Source: an uncultured Puniceicoccaceae bacterium (GTDB lineage Bacteria; Verrucomicrobiota; Verrucomicrobiia; Opitutales; Oceanipulchritudinaceae). From it: a DNA stretch of 64,000 bases. Under the pieces are notes generated by a model, which was given only the letters and a program-made list of their open reading frames with translations, searched no databases and was not told the origin of the DNA. The stretch spans positions 1 through 64,000 of the forward strand of contig CAWVVV010000007.1 of assembly GCA_963933835.1 (NCBI GenBank). Direction: 5' to 3'. The position numbers were made by a program, and so were the translations under genes. Shown in pieces: positions 19,174 to 29,008 of this stretch (position 1 is the stretch's first letter; each line of letters begins with the position of its first letter).

Positions 19174-20259
19174 TTACTTCCAATTCAGGAGAAGACTGAG
19201 TGCGTAGGTCGTATCGAGCTTTTCGTCGACTGCACTTGAGTTGTATTGGTTCTGCAAAGACACGCGGAATTTCCAGTAGTCAGCAGTGCCGAGGGGCAGA
19301 TCAATCGCAGAGATATGATCGAGGCGGTAATCGTCGGCAAAGTCTTCGAAGGCCGGGTTGTAGACAATGGAGTTATGCATTTCGCCCCAATCAGCGAATT
19401 TCCAGTAGTGCCTTACGCCGAGGTCGAGACCGGGAAGACTTTCACTGCCTGTCTTATCTTCAAATCCATCACCATCGAGGTCGAAGCCGTAGCCTTCATA
19501 GCGCAGTGCTACACCCGCGGTGAATTCCAGCGAGCGAGTTTCTGTTTTAATCGGGCGGTAGTTAAGACCGACTGCCGTTGTGCTGCGGAAGGTGAGGTTC
19601 TCAAACTTGTCGCGCTCTAGTTCTTCACGAACATACCAACCATAGTGTTCGCTGAAATAGGAAGTATACGACATGCCACCAATAATCTCGTCAGCGGTCG
19701 TCGTGCCTTCGGCTTTGGAATACTGGAAGCCAGCATATAAACTCAGTCGGTCGGTCGGACCTTCAAGCGTTGCAGCCAAGGCTGCCGCAAAGTCGCTCTT
19801 AGTCGAGTTCCCGGATTTTCCGGAGATGCCAACAGCAGCTTCGTAGCTCCACTTGCGCATCTGGCCTTCAAGGTCAGCTTCACGAGCGACGGTGTCAGGG
19901 TCACGATCACCCGGCGTCCATGTTGCCACGACGTCAGCGGCGGCGGCAGAGATATTGCCATTCGACGTCGCGATGTTGATCGAGCCGTCAGCGTTTCCGC
20001 TCACCGGGCCGACGGCGACGTTGCCATTCGACAGGCGAACCGTCTCAGCTTCGTCGCTGGAGAACGTAGCGACCTCCTACATTGGAATTTCGAGATTGCC
20101 CGCATAGGCAGTCTCGAGGTGAAGGACGCCTGCACTGATTTGGGCGATCTCACCAACAAGGCGAGAGCCGTCGTTGGTTTGAACGACATCAGCGAAAGTC
20201 AGAGATGCAGCACTGAGAATACACAGAGCAGCGGCAGTATTTGGGATGTGATTACGCAT
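19174..20259 (-). pseudogene. DUF481/YdiY-like outer-membrane beta-barrel protein with in-frame TAG at 20077-20079
   Basis: ORFs 20077-20259 (signal peptide, DVVQTNDGSRLVGEI) and 19174-20004 share a frame: ...NLEIPM*EVATFSSDEAETVRL...; amphipathic strands and C-terminal LLLNWK. Confidence 0.78.
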
Positions 20260-20524
20260 GTAATGATTGATTAAATTGGTAAGAAGACAGACAGAACGGT
20301 CTCAATTAAGTGGCAGCGCTAGGGACGTGTTTACGAGTCCGCAAAAAAAAATTACAATTCGTGAACACCTGTTTAAGTTTTACGCAGGATTTACAAAGGG
20401 TTTGCACCTAACTATCACCGTTATACGCGTGCATAGCCTCAAATCTCAAAAGACGGCTGCTGGAAGACCGCGTTTCCAAATTTATCCGACTGAAAAGGTG
20501 TCAAAAACCTCGGGAAGGAAAAAT

Positions 20525-20600
<76 letters not shown>

Positions 20601-20719
20601 ATCAAAGAGGCCGTAAGAAGGCGTCGGCACTGACCTCCGTCAACTCCAATTTTAGATAAAGTCGAAATTCGTCCTTTTCCTTGAGCCTTTCCGACGAAGA
20701 ACCATCGTCGCCTAGCTCA

Positions 20720-23665
20720 ATGCCAGATCCCAGCCTGCCAGATCTTTCCCGTGACGCCCTTGTCGACCTTGGTGGTTGGGCTGTGCTCAAAGAAGCGCGG
20801 GCGCTGTATCAAGCAGGAGCGGTTCAGCATGTGGAATGGAAGGCTCCCCTCCTCAGTGCAGAGGTCGGGATGGGCAATGCCCGCTTCTTCCCAAAGTTAA
20901 ACCTCAAGTCGCTCACCTTTGCGGAGAATCGCTGCAATTGCCCAGAGGGTCGACGAGGCCAAATTTGCGCTCACGCGGTTGCCGCCTGTATCGCGATCGA
21001 AAGACAAGAAGACACCCCTCCTCCCTCTCCCCCTCCAATAGAGGCAGAGGAACGCGTCGAAGAAGTAACCGAACAAGCCATCCGCTCTATCCGCACGAGT
21101 GACGGCGGCACCACGCTCGTCCTCCGCTTCCTCCTCCCGCCAAATCTTTCCACCGCTGCCCCGCGCGACGCGATCATGACCAAGATCGAGGTCGCCGCGG
21201 GCCGTGAACTAACCACCCCAGAAAAACTCTCGCCCACCATTTCATATGCGCTGAGCGATGCTCACCAAAAGGCTTACGCTCTTCTCGAGAATTGGTGTGG
21301 AGGCAAACCCGGCAGTCTAAATCAACTCCGCCGCGACCAACTCCTCGCCCTCGTCAATGCGCTCCGAGGCGAACCCGTTTTCGCGTGGCTGAAGCAGCCT
21401 GATGCGCCCATCGCTTGGTCAGACGAGAAACTTATAGGCGTCGAAGAACACCTCGATGTCATCGATAAAAGCAGCGGATCGATTCAACCGGCCGCGACAC
21501 TTACCCCTCTTTCAAAGCCGACCGAGAAAGACAAGCGGCCCGCTCCGTCCATAGCCGTGCCGCGCCGAGGAACCGCACGCAAAGCACCCTTAAAGCGCCC
21601 CTCTGCCGTCACCGCGATGAAGAGTCGCATCGCCCGTGAAGGACGCCCCGGATCACGCATCCAAGTTGACGGATCGACGCGCTTTCTGGCCATTCAGCTG
21701 CCCGATCGCGAAAACCTCCTCTACGAACCAGGGCGAAAAATCCTCAAGGAAAACGGCTTTCGCGTCGAACCCTCGAATGGCAAATGGTGGCTGCGGGATC
21801 GTCACAAAACGCTCAACTTTCTCGCCGAACATGAAGCGATTCTTCGAGACGAACTAGACGCCTTCTTCACCGACAACTTTCGCGAAAAGACGCGCTCGAT
21901 AAAACGCATCACGCCCAAGACAAAGATCGCTAAAAGCGGGTCGGACTTTCGTATCAATGTAAGTCTCGATGTGCCCGAGATCGAACCCAATGAAGTCTTT
22001 CGAGCCCTCGCTAGCCGTTGTCACTACATCGTCAAAGACCCCTTCGTTTACCTCTTTTCTCCCGCCCAACTCGAACAACTTAACCGGGCGCAACAGGCCC
22101 TCAGTGGTGAAAAATCACGGGTCCTGACTCCACGCTTTGAAACAAAGCTGAAGTCATCCCAGCTGCGCGACGCCGAGCAGATTCTCGAGGACCTAGACGA
22201 AGACATTGCTTTACCCGAGGATTGGAAAAAGCGCAGCGCCGCCCTCGCTCGCCTCGATAAGCTCAAAGAACCACCTATCAGCGAGAAGCTGGATACTACC
22301 CTGCGAACGTATCAGAAAATTGGGACAGCCTGGCTTTGGCATCTCTACGAAAACAAACTCGGAGGCATCCTCGCCGATGAAATGGGACTGGGTAAAACGA
22401 TCCAAGCTCTCGGGCTCCTCACCTGTGCGAAGAGGGCCTTGTCACGTCCGTCTTTAGTTGTTTGCCCAGCCTCCCTACTTGCCAATTGGGAACGCGAAGC
22501 AAACACCTTTGCGCCCGAACTGACAGTCTTTCGCCATCACCGCGAAGGACGGATCAAGGAAGTTGAGGAAGCCTCAAACTACGACATCATCGTCACTTCC
22601 TACGCCACCCTTTCGCGCGACGAAGATCTCTTTGCCCAAGTTGACTGGAACATCGTCCTCGCCGACGAAGCTCAACACATCAAGAACCGCCGCACGCGCG
22701 CGGCCAAGGCACTGCGCCGCCAGCAAGCGGAAGCACAGTTTGTTCTCACCGGCACTCCGGTCGAAAACAGCCTCGACGATCTGCGAAGCATCTTTGCCTT
22801 CATCCTTCCTGGGTATCTGGCCGCCATGCCCCCCGGCACGACAGGTGAAGACCGCAGGTGGTATGACCAGCGCCATCGTGCGCAAGCAGCCCCCTACATT
22901 CTCCGACGGACAAAGCAGCTCGTCGCACCCGAGCTCCCGGAAAAGATTCAGCAGACAATCTACTGCGACCTGACGACGAAACAACGGGCACTGTATCAAA
23001 AAACGCAGATCAAGACCGAGCGGGCCGTCGCCGAACTCGAGCTCGCGGGGAAAAGCGAAGCGCAGGTTCGCATTGCGGCACTCGCTCAGCTCCTACGCCT
23101 GCGCCAAGTCTGTGCCGAGCCGCGCCTCCTTGACGACACCCTCTCTCCGACGGACTCCGCCAAGCTCGAGGCCTTTGCCGAAATCCTCGATGAAGCGGTC
23201 GACGGCGGACACCGCATTCTCGTTTTCTCACAATTCGTCAAAGTCCTCAACTACCTGCGCCAGTTCCTCGAAGGACTCGGCCTGCCCTACTGCTATCTCG
23301 ATGGCAAAACGCGCGATCGCCTCGGCGAATGCGACCGTTTCAACGGAGACGACTCGATCCCGGTCTTCCTCATTTCGCTCAAGGCGGGCGGCACCGGTCT
23401 AAACCTGACTGGTGCGGACACCGTCGTGCATTTTGACCCTTGGTGGAATCCTGCCGCAGAGGATCAAGCGACTGACCGCGCTCACCGGATCGGCCAAAAG
23501 CGCACCGTCACGAGCTACAAACTGATCACGACCAACACCGTCGAAGAAAAGGTCCTCACCCTCCAAGCCGAGAAATCAGCCCTTCTGCGCGACCTCCTCG
23601 ACGAGAGTGCAGCCGCCACTGCGAAAGTGGGGATTGCTGACCTAAAGGATCTTCTCAAGGGGTGA
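20720..23665 (+). CDS. SWIM zinc finger + SNF2-family helicase
   Basis: CNCP...CAH SWIM motif; ILADEMGLGKT, DEAQHIKN, TGTPVEN, GLNLTGAD, QATDRAHRIGQ; start uncertain (TTG 20681 or ATG 20720). Confidence 0.92.
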   Translation: MPDPSLPDLSRDALVDLGGWAVLKEARALYQAGAVQHVEWKAPLLSAEVGMGNARFFPKLNLKSLTFAENRCNCPEGRRGQICAHAVAACIAIERQEDTPPPSPPPIEAEERVEEVTEQAIRSIRTSDGGTTLVLRFLLPPNLSTAAPRDAIMTKIEVAAGRELTTPEKLSPTISYALSDAHQKAYALLENWCGGKPGSLNQLRRDQLLALVNALRGEPVFAWLKQPDAPIAWSDEKLIGVEEHLDVIDKSSGSIQPAATLTPLSKPTEKDKRPAPSIAVPRRGTARKAPLKRPSAVTAMKSRIAREGRPGSRIQVDGSTRFLAIQLPDRENLLYEPGRKILKENGFRVEPSNGKWWLRDRHKTLNFLAEHEAILRDELDAFFTDNFREKTRSIKRITPKTKIAKSGSDFRINVSLDVPEIEPNEVFRALASRCHYIVKDPFVYLFSPAQLEQLNRAQQALSGEKSRVLTPRFETKLKSSQLRDAEQILEDLDEDIALPEDWKKRSAALARLDKLKEPPISEKLDTTLRTYQKIGTAWLWHLYENKLGGILADEMGLGKTIQALGLLTCAKRALSRPSLVVCPASLLANWEREANTFAPELTVFRHHREGRIKEVEEASNYDIIVTSYATLSRDEDLFAQVDWNIVLADEAQHIKNRRTRAAKALRRQQAEAQFVLTGTPVENSLDDLRSIFAFILPGYLAAMPPGTTGEDRRWYDQRHRAQAAPYILRRTKQLVAPELPEKIQQTIYCDLTTKQRALYQKTQIKTERAVAELELAGKSEAQVRIAALAQLLRLRQVCAEPRLLDDTLSPTDSAKLEAFAEILDEAVDGGHRILVFSQFVKVLNYLRQFLEGLGLPYCYLDGKTRDRLGECDRFNGDDSIPVFLISLKAGGTGLNLTGADTVVHFDPWWNPAAEDQATDRAHRIGQKRTVTSYKLITTNTVEEKVLTLQAEKSALLRDLLDESAAATAKVGIADLKDLLKG

Positions 23666-23778
23666 AAATGAGTTTTGTAAGGATCGCCCTGCCTCTAAAA
23701 CGCTTTCGCTAATACACTTACCTCCACCCTTTACAGTGATCGAACATGCGGTGTTAATACTCAGTCTTTGAGACTGTT

Positions 23779-24828
23779 GTGACTTTGAGCGAACCGATCC
23801 ACAGTATAGAGGCCCATGGGTTGACCAAATTCTTCGGGGCCACTGCCGCGGTTAAAAACGTGTCCTTTCAGATCGCGCCGGGCGAAGTCGTCGGCTTTCT
23901 CGGCCCTAATGGAGCAGGTAAAAGCACCACGCTCCGCATGCTTTCTGGGCTTCTACGGGCTGATCACGGAGAGGCTTACGTTAACGGCGTCTCGGTGGCA
24001 CGGAATCCTACCTGCGTGAAGCGCCAACTCGGATTCATGCCAGAGAACAATCCACTGCCTGAAGACCTCCGAGTCATCGAATACCTCAGCTATCGGGCTC
24101 GCCTCAAAGGTGTTCCTCGGAAGGAACGGGCAAAGCGCATCGATGAAGTGCTCGAAGCCTGCGATCTTCAACGCACCGCACGCCGCAAACTCATCGGCTC
24201 ACTCTCAAAGGGCTTTCGTCAGCGCGTTGGCCTCGCTGACGCGATTCTTAGCAAGCCTGCCGTGACCATTCTCGACGAGCCGACGATCGGCCTAGATCCT
24301 CACCAGATCCTACAAATCCGGAAGCTGATCGAAAATCTCAAGGGCCGGACCACAGTGATGCTCTCAAGCCATATTTTGTCAGAAGTAGAGATTTCATGTG
24401 ACCGCGTGATCATTCTTAACCGCGGAGTGATTGTTGCTTCCGGTGTACCCAAGGAACTGCGCCAAGAATTTTTCCCCGGCAGCCGCTATGAAGCCGAAAT
24501 CGCGGGCGACCCAAAGACGCTCGCATCCGTCATCGGCTCAGCTGGGATCGAATGCGGCTTGGAAGATCCTGCGGCCAATGATGAGGGGAACCCTGATTTC
24601 CGAAGAATCTGTCTCAGCTTTAAGGAAGAAGAAGACCTCAGCGAAAAACTCATCAACAAGATCACCTCTACTGATGGTCTTCGTTTAAAGCACTATTCGG
24701 CTCACCCCGTTACGCTCGAAGACATCTTCCTCGCCGCCACCCGGCGAAGCTGGGAAGTCGAAATGACGACGCAACCTGCTGAAATACCGGGTGAAGATGA
24801 AAAAGCCGAGGAGGTGGCACAGCCATGA
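23779..24828 (+). CDS. ABC transporter ATP-binding protein (GldA-like)
   Basis: GPNGAGKSTT, LSKGFRQRVG, LDEPTIGLDP. Confidence 0.9.
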   Translation: MTLSEPIHSIEAHGLTKFFGATAAVKNVSFQIAPGEVVGFLGPNGAGKSTTLRMLSGLLRADHGEAYVNGVSVARNPTCVKRQLGFMPENNPLPEDLRVIEYLSYRARLKGVPRKERAKRIDEVLEACDLQRTARRKLIGSLSKGFRQRVGLADAILSKPAVTILDEPTIGLDPHQILQIRKLIENLKGRTTVMLSSHILSEVEISCDRVIILNRGVIVASGVPKELRQEFFPGSRYEAEIAGDPKTLASVIGSAGIECGLEDPAANDEGNPDFRRICLSFKEEEDLSEKLINKITSTDGLRLKHYSAHPVTLEDIFLAATRRSWEVEMTTQPAEIPGEDEKAEEVAQP

Positions 24829-25589
24829 AGAATTTCACCGTCCTGCTCCGCCACGAATTACGCTCGCTCTGGATACATCCGTCGACGTATCTCGCGGCCG
24901 TCCTAGCGCTCCTCATGTTGGGGTTTTTCTACTACATAACCATCGCTGAGTATGCGCAAGCTGCCCAGTCTGAGCTACCCAACGCCCGTTTCTTTCGCTT
25001 CTTCTTATTCCCCGTCGTTCTCCTCGTGCCGATGCTGACGATGAAGAGCCTCGCTGAGGAAAGGCGTCTGGGAACTCTACAGACGCTAATGACGACCCCA
25101 ATTGGGCCAACCGCTGTCGTTATGGCGAAATTTTTCGCGGCCTATATCTTCTACTGCGCCGTTTGGGGCATCGCACTCGCCTACCCTTTATTGACCGTTC
25201 TCGTTCTTCCTCAAGCAGAGCTGCGACCACTTCTTTTAGAACCCGGATCGTTACTCGGCGGCTACTTTTTCGTTACAACGAGCGGGATGCTTTTCGTCGC
25301 ACTCGGCATATTTACCAGCAGCCTAACCCGGAGCCAACTCATCGCGGGAATGCTCAGCTTCAGCGCAATCTTTCTTCTCATCATTGGAGTCACCGCGATC
25401 GAACACATCGCGCCGGGCTTGGGTTCTCGGGAACAGATTTCAAGCGTGACGCTCTCCTACATGCAAACCTTTGATCACTATGAGGATGCCGTTCACGGGA
25501 TGATCGACCTGCGCCCCTTGATCTACTACTTCAGCACAACTGCGCTCATCCTCGCCCTCTCCAGCCTCGTCGTGGAGGCAAAGTCTTAA
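24825..25589 (+). CDS. ABC-2 permease (GldF-like)
   Basis: TMKSLAEERRLGTLQTLMTTP; about six TM segments. Confidence 0.88.
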   Translation: MKNFTVLLRHELRSLWIHPSTYLAAVLALLMLGFFYYITIAEYAQAAQSELPNARFFRFFLFPVVLLVPMLTMKSLAEERRLGTLQTLMTTPIGPTAVVMAKFFAAYIFYCAVWGIALAYPLLTVLVLPQAELRPLLLEPGSLLGGYFFVTTSGMLFVALGIFTSSLTRSQLIAGMLSFSAIFLLIIGVTAIEHIAPGLGSREQISSVTLSYMQTFDHYEDAVHGMIDLRPLIYYFSTTALILALSSLVVEAKS

Positions 25590-25594
25590 GCCGT

Positions 25595-27079
25595 ATGCCG
25601 CGAGTCTCCGACCAGTTCTCCTTAGCAAATAGGGTGCGATTTATTCATCGCATTATCCAGGGGCTTCTCGCCGTTTTCCTTGTCCTACAGCTGAACTATT
25701 TCGGCATGACCCACTACGTCCGCTACGACGTAACCCAGAACCACTTTTTTACCCTCTCCCCTGAGACGCGCGCACACCTGAGAGAGCTGGATGAACCGAT
25801 CAAGATTATCGTCACAACCCCGAAAAACTCTCCTCAGAGAGATGTGTCTTTACTTTACGAATACACGGAGAATCTCCTTGAACAATACGACCATGCTCTG
25901 CGCGAAATGGGGCAAGGTGACCTCGTTCAGATCGAGTATGTTAACATCTACCGCGACTTAGAGCGAATGCGCGATCTCGCCAATAAATACGGCGTTGAAG
26001 ATGAGAATCTCATTGTTGTCGCAGGACCCGAACGCACCCGCGTCCTCACCCCGACTGACCTCTTTGATTTTGAAGACATGGAGGCCGAGGCCTTCAAAGG
26101 CGAGCAGGCACTCACGACTGCGTTGCTCGAAATCACTACAGCAAATCGCCCAACGATCTACTTCACTGTCGGCCACGGCGAAATGCGTCTCGATGATGTC
26201 TCCCAAGATCGCGGACTGAGCGAACTCGCCTCAGCCCTGAATGAGAAAAACTTCGCAATCGGGCATCTCGATCTAAGTCAGGAATCAGTCATCCCAGACG
26301 ACGCCGACCTGATTATATGTGCGGACCCCCGAGGACCCTTTCTTCCTGCCGAAGTCGAGCTCTTGCGACGCTACTTGCTCGATCGCGCTGGTCGCCTCTC
26401 AGTCTACCTCTCGCCAACCAATAACGCTGGGCTCACGACCTTGTTCGAAGACTGGGGCATTCGGGCCGACGACATGGTCATTTTTGAAACCGGTTCAGCT
26501 TTCATCGGCTCGGCCGGCAGTTTCCTCATCCGTCGCTTCAGCGAGCATCCGATGACTGATCCGATAACTAAGAATGATGTTTTTCTCGTCTCCGGCGTCA
26601 TGCGTCCGGTCCGCCCCGACCCTGCAGCTCCGATTGACGAACGCCTAAAGGTGCAGCCCCTTCTATTTAGCTCAGACTCTAGCTGGGGCGAAGCCGGTTA
26701 CCACAGTGGTGGAACCCCGAGCTTTGACGCCGCCACAGATTTACCAGGACCCGTCATGCTTGGCGCACTGGCGGAACGGCGGGCAGCATCTCAGCTCGGC
26801 ATTCAGATCCCAGGTGGCCGTGTCCTTGCGATCGGGAGTGGCGATCTCCTCGCCAACCGTCGTCTAAGTTCATCCCTCGGCAATCAGCTCTTTTTGTTCA
26901 GCCAGATCAACTGGCTCCTCGAACGCGACCAAACCCTCGCCCTGCCACCTCGGAAAATCGAGAGCTTCCAATTCAACCTCAGTCAGGCAGAGCTCAAGCG
27001 CCTCGCTATTACACTACTTATAATCCCATTGTTGATCGGCGTGCAGGGTCTGGTCATTATCTGGATTAGAAAATTTTAA
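25595..27079 (+). CDS. GldG-family ABC auxiliary protein
   Basis: DVTQNHFFTLSPET, IYFTVGHGE; N- and C-terminal TM anchors. Confidence 0.85.
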   Translation: MPRVSDQFSLANRVRFIHRIIQGLLAVFLVLQLNYFGMTHYVRYDVTQNHFFTLSPETRAHLRELDEPIKIIVTTPKNSPQRDVSLLYEYTENLLEQYDHALREMGQGDLVQIEYVNIYRDLERMRDLANKYGVEDENLIVVAGPERTRVLTPTDLFDFEDMEAEAFKGEQALTTALLEITTANRPTIYFTVGHGEMRLDDVSQDRGLSELASALNEKNFAIGHLDLSQESVIPDDADLIICADPRGPFLPAEVELLRRYLLDRAGRLSVYLSPTNNAGLTTLFEDWGIRADDMVIFETGSAFIGSAGSFLIRRFSEHPMTDPITKNDVFLVSGVMRPVRPDPAAPIDERLKVQPLLFSSDSSWGEAGYHSGGTPSFDAATDLPGPVMLGALAERRAASQLGIQIPGGRVLAIGSGDLLANRRLSSSLGNQLFLFSQINWLLERDQTLALPPRKIESFQFNLSQAELKRLAITLLIIPLLIGVQGLVIIWIRKF

Positions 27080-27088
27080 CGGGTATCC

Positions 27089-28996
27089 ATGCGCCTCAGA
27101 CTCACACTTTCCCTCCTTCTACTGAACGCAGCCCTGTTCAGCTACCTTTTATACCTAGACCAGAGTGGTGAAGTCTCAGCCAACGACTCTCGCCTCGTCT
27201 TTCCTCCCGGCATGGTGGAACAAGCAGAGGTGATTTCGGTGCAAAACGCCGCCACCACGGATACTTGGTCAGCGGAGAAAACGGGTGAACGCTGGATGCT
27301 GCGCGAGCCCGTCCTCTGGCCCGCCAACCCCTTTGCGATGAAAAGCCTGACGGCAGCACTTCGCAGTCTACGCTGGGAAACCCGTTTTGCTGTCGATGAT
27401 CTCTCTGACGTTGGGCGTGAACTCGAGAATTACGGTCTCGGTGCCGGCGCTTCGACGTTGAGCCTCCGGGTCGGCGAAGAGACGATCACGCTACGCCTCG
27501 GGGCACCGACCGAAATCGGCAGTCGCCTCTACGTTCTCTCTCCAGACGAAAAAGAAGTCTTCGTCGTGCAGCGCCAAGTTCTTGAGGGACTAGAGCTCTC
27601 CTCAGATCGCCTCTTCGACACCCAAATCATCCAAATCCCGCCGGCTGAAGTCCGCAGCATCTACATTCAGAGCGGGAACAACGGCTCGAGCCGAATCGAA
27701 CTTCTCCGCGAAAACGAAAGTTGGGTCTTGCGCGCTCCAATTCGTGTCGGGGCTTCCAACGGAGCAGTCACGACCGCCCTCGACGACCTTTACCTCACGA
27801 CGGCCAAAGAATTTGCGGACGTCGCACCCTCGATCCACGGCCTTGATACCCCGTCCCTCCGGCTCAACATCAACGGCACCCAACGCCAACAAACCTTGCT
27901 CGTGGGTAGCCCGGTTGAAAACGCCTCCAACGGAGCCACCGCCTACGCAAAGCTCGAAGCCTATCCGACTATCTTCGTTGTCGACCAGTCCTCACTGAGC
28001 CCGTGGACCCAGCCGCAGGAATCGCTCCGCGAGCGGCGCATTACCCCTTTCAACCCTAATAACGCTAGTGCGATTCAGATCATTAGTGATAATCTAAGCA
28101 TCAATCTCCAGAAACTTGAATCGGGGCGCTGGCAACTGATTACTTCCGGCGATGACAGCACCCTTCGCACCCTCACAGCCGACTCAGGCATTGTCCGAGA
28201 TTTGATCATAAGGCTGTCCTCGATCGAGGCGCTACAATTCATTTCTGATGCGCCTTCGGAGGCAGACCTCGACCGCTTCGGGCTCGCTTCACCTCAGCGC
28301 ACGGTGAGAATTCGATTGGAAAGCGATGAATCCTACGAGCTCCTCCTCGGAGATCTCGACCTCACGGCATTGAGCCCAGAGCAGTCGAATCGTCTCTTTG
28401 TGAGCACGGCAGCAAATTCCACCGTCTATCAGACCACTGCCTCGATTCTCGCCTACACTCCACTCGGGTCACTGCATTATCGCGAGCGTATCACCGAAGC
28501 ACTCCCCACTGGAGCAAAAGTGACCGCTCTGCGCCTTCTTGAGATTGGAAGCAGCACGCCGCTACTCGAGACCACCCTCCTCGATGATGGGAGCATGCAG
28601 AGCGATGGCACCTTGAGCGAAGCTGAAAGCAAGGCCCTCCTCGCCCTCAGCAAGGCCTTCCGCCGTTTTCCGGTGCAACGCTTCATCAGCGAAGGATTCA
28701 CGGATCCTCTAAAACTGGATGCCGAGACTGAGCTCAAATGGCGCTTTGCGATCGAAGCAGATATCCAGCTCAGCGGCGCAGCCAGCGCCGAGACAAGGCG
28801 CTACGTTCTAACCGAACGACTGGGCGGACGGACGCAATTTGCCGGGAGCGAAGCCCTCGACCTCGTTTTTGTCCTACCTCTGGAGCTGATCGATCCGCTC
28901 CATCCGATTATATTCAATCGGCCTCGTCCCGACGAGGAAGACATCCCACAGCCTCCCGCGACCGCTCCAGTCCTCACCCCTCTGGAAACGCCTTAA
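27089..28996 (+). CDS. DUF4340 domain protein
   Basis: Repeated W.L.xP...YGL..P modules; usual neighbour of GldG. Confidence 0.75.
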   Translation: MRLRLTLSLLLLNAALFSYLLYLDQSGEVSANDSRLVFPPGMVEQAEVISVQNAATTDTWSAEKTGERWMLREPVLWPANPFAMKSLTAALRSLRWETRFAVDDLSDVGRELENYGLGAGASTLSLRVGEETITLRLGAPTEIGSRLYVLSPDEKEVFVVQRQVLEGLELSSDRLFDTQIIQIPPAEVRSIYIQSGNNGSSRIELLRENESWVLRAPIRVGASNGAVTTALDDLYLTTAKEFADVAPSIHGLDTPSLRLNINGTQRQQTLLVGSPVENASNGATAYAKLEAYPTIFVVDQSSLSPWTQPQESLRERRITPFNPNNASAIQIISDNLSINLQKLESGRWQLITSGDDSTLRTLTADSGIVRDLIIRLSSIEALQFISDAPSEADLDRFGLASPQRTVRIRLESDESYELLLGDLDLTALSPEQSNRLFVSTAANSTVYQTTASILAYTPLGSLHYRERITEALPTGAKVTALRLLEIGSSTPLLETTLLDDGSMQSDGTLSEAESKALLALSKAFRRFPVQRFISEGFTDPLKLDAETELKWRFAIEADIQLSGAASAETRRYVLTERLGGRTQFAGSEALDLVFVLPLELIDPLHPIIFNRPRPDEEDIPQPPATAPVLTPLETP

Positions 28997-29008
28997 GCCC
29001 CATCGGAT

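Noticed and set aside
23779..28996. Gliding motility locus
   Set aside because: GldA/F/G-like ABC systems with DUF4340 are widespread in non-gliding bacteria; no T9SS or motor genes are present
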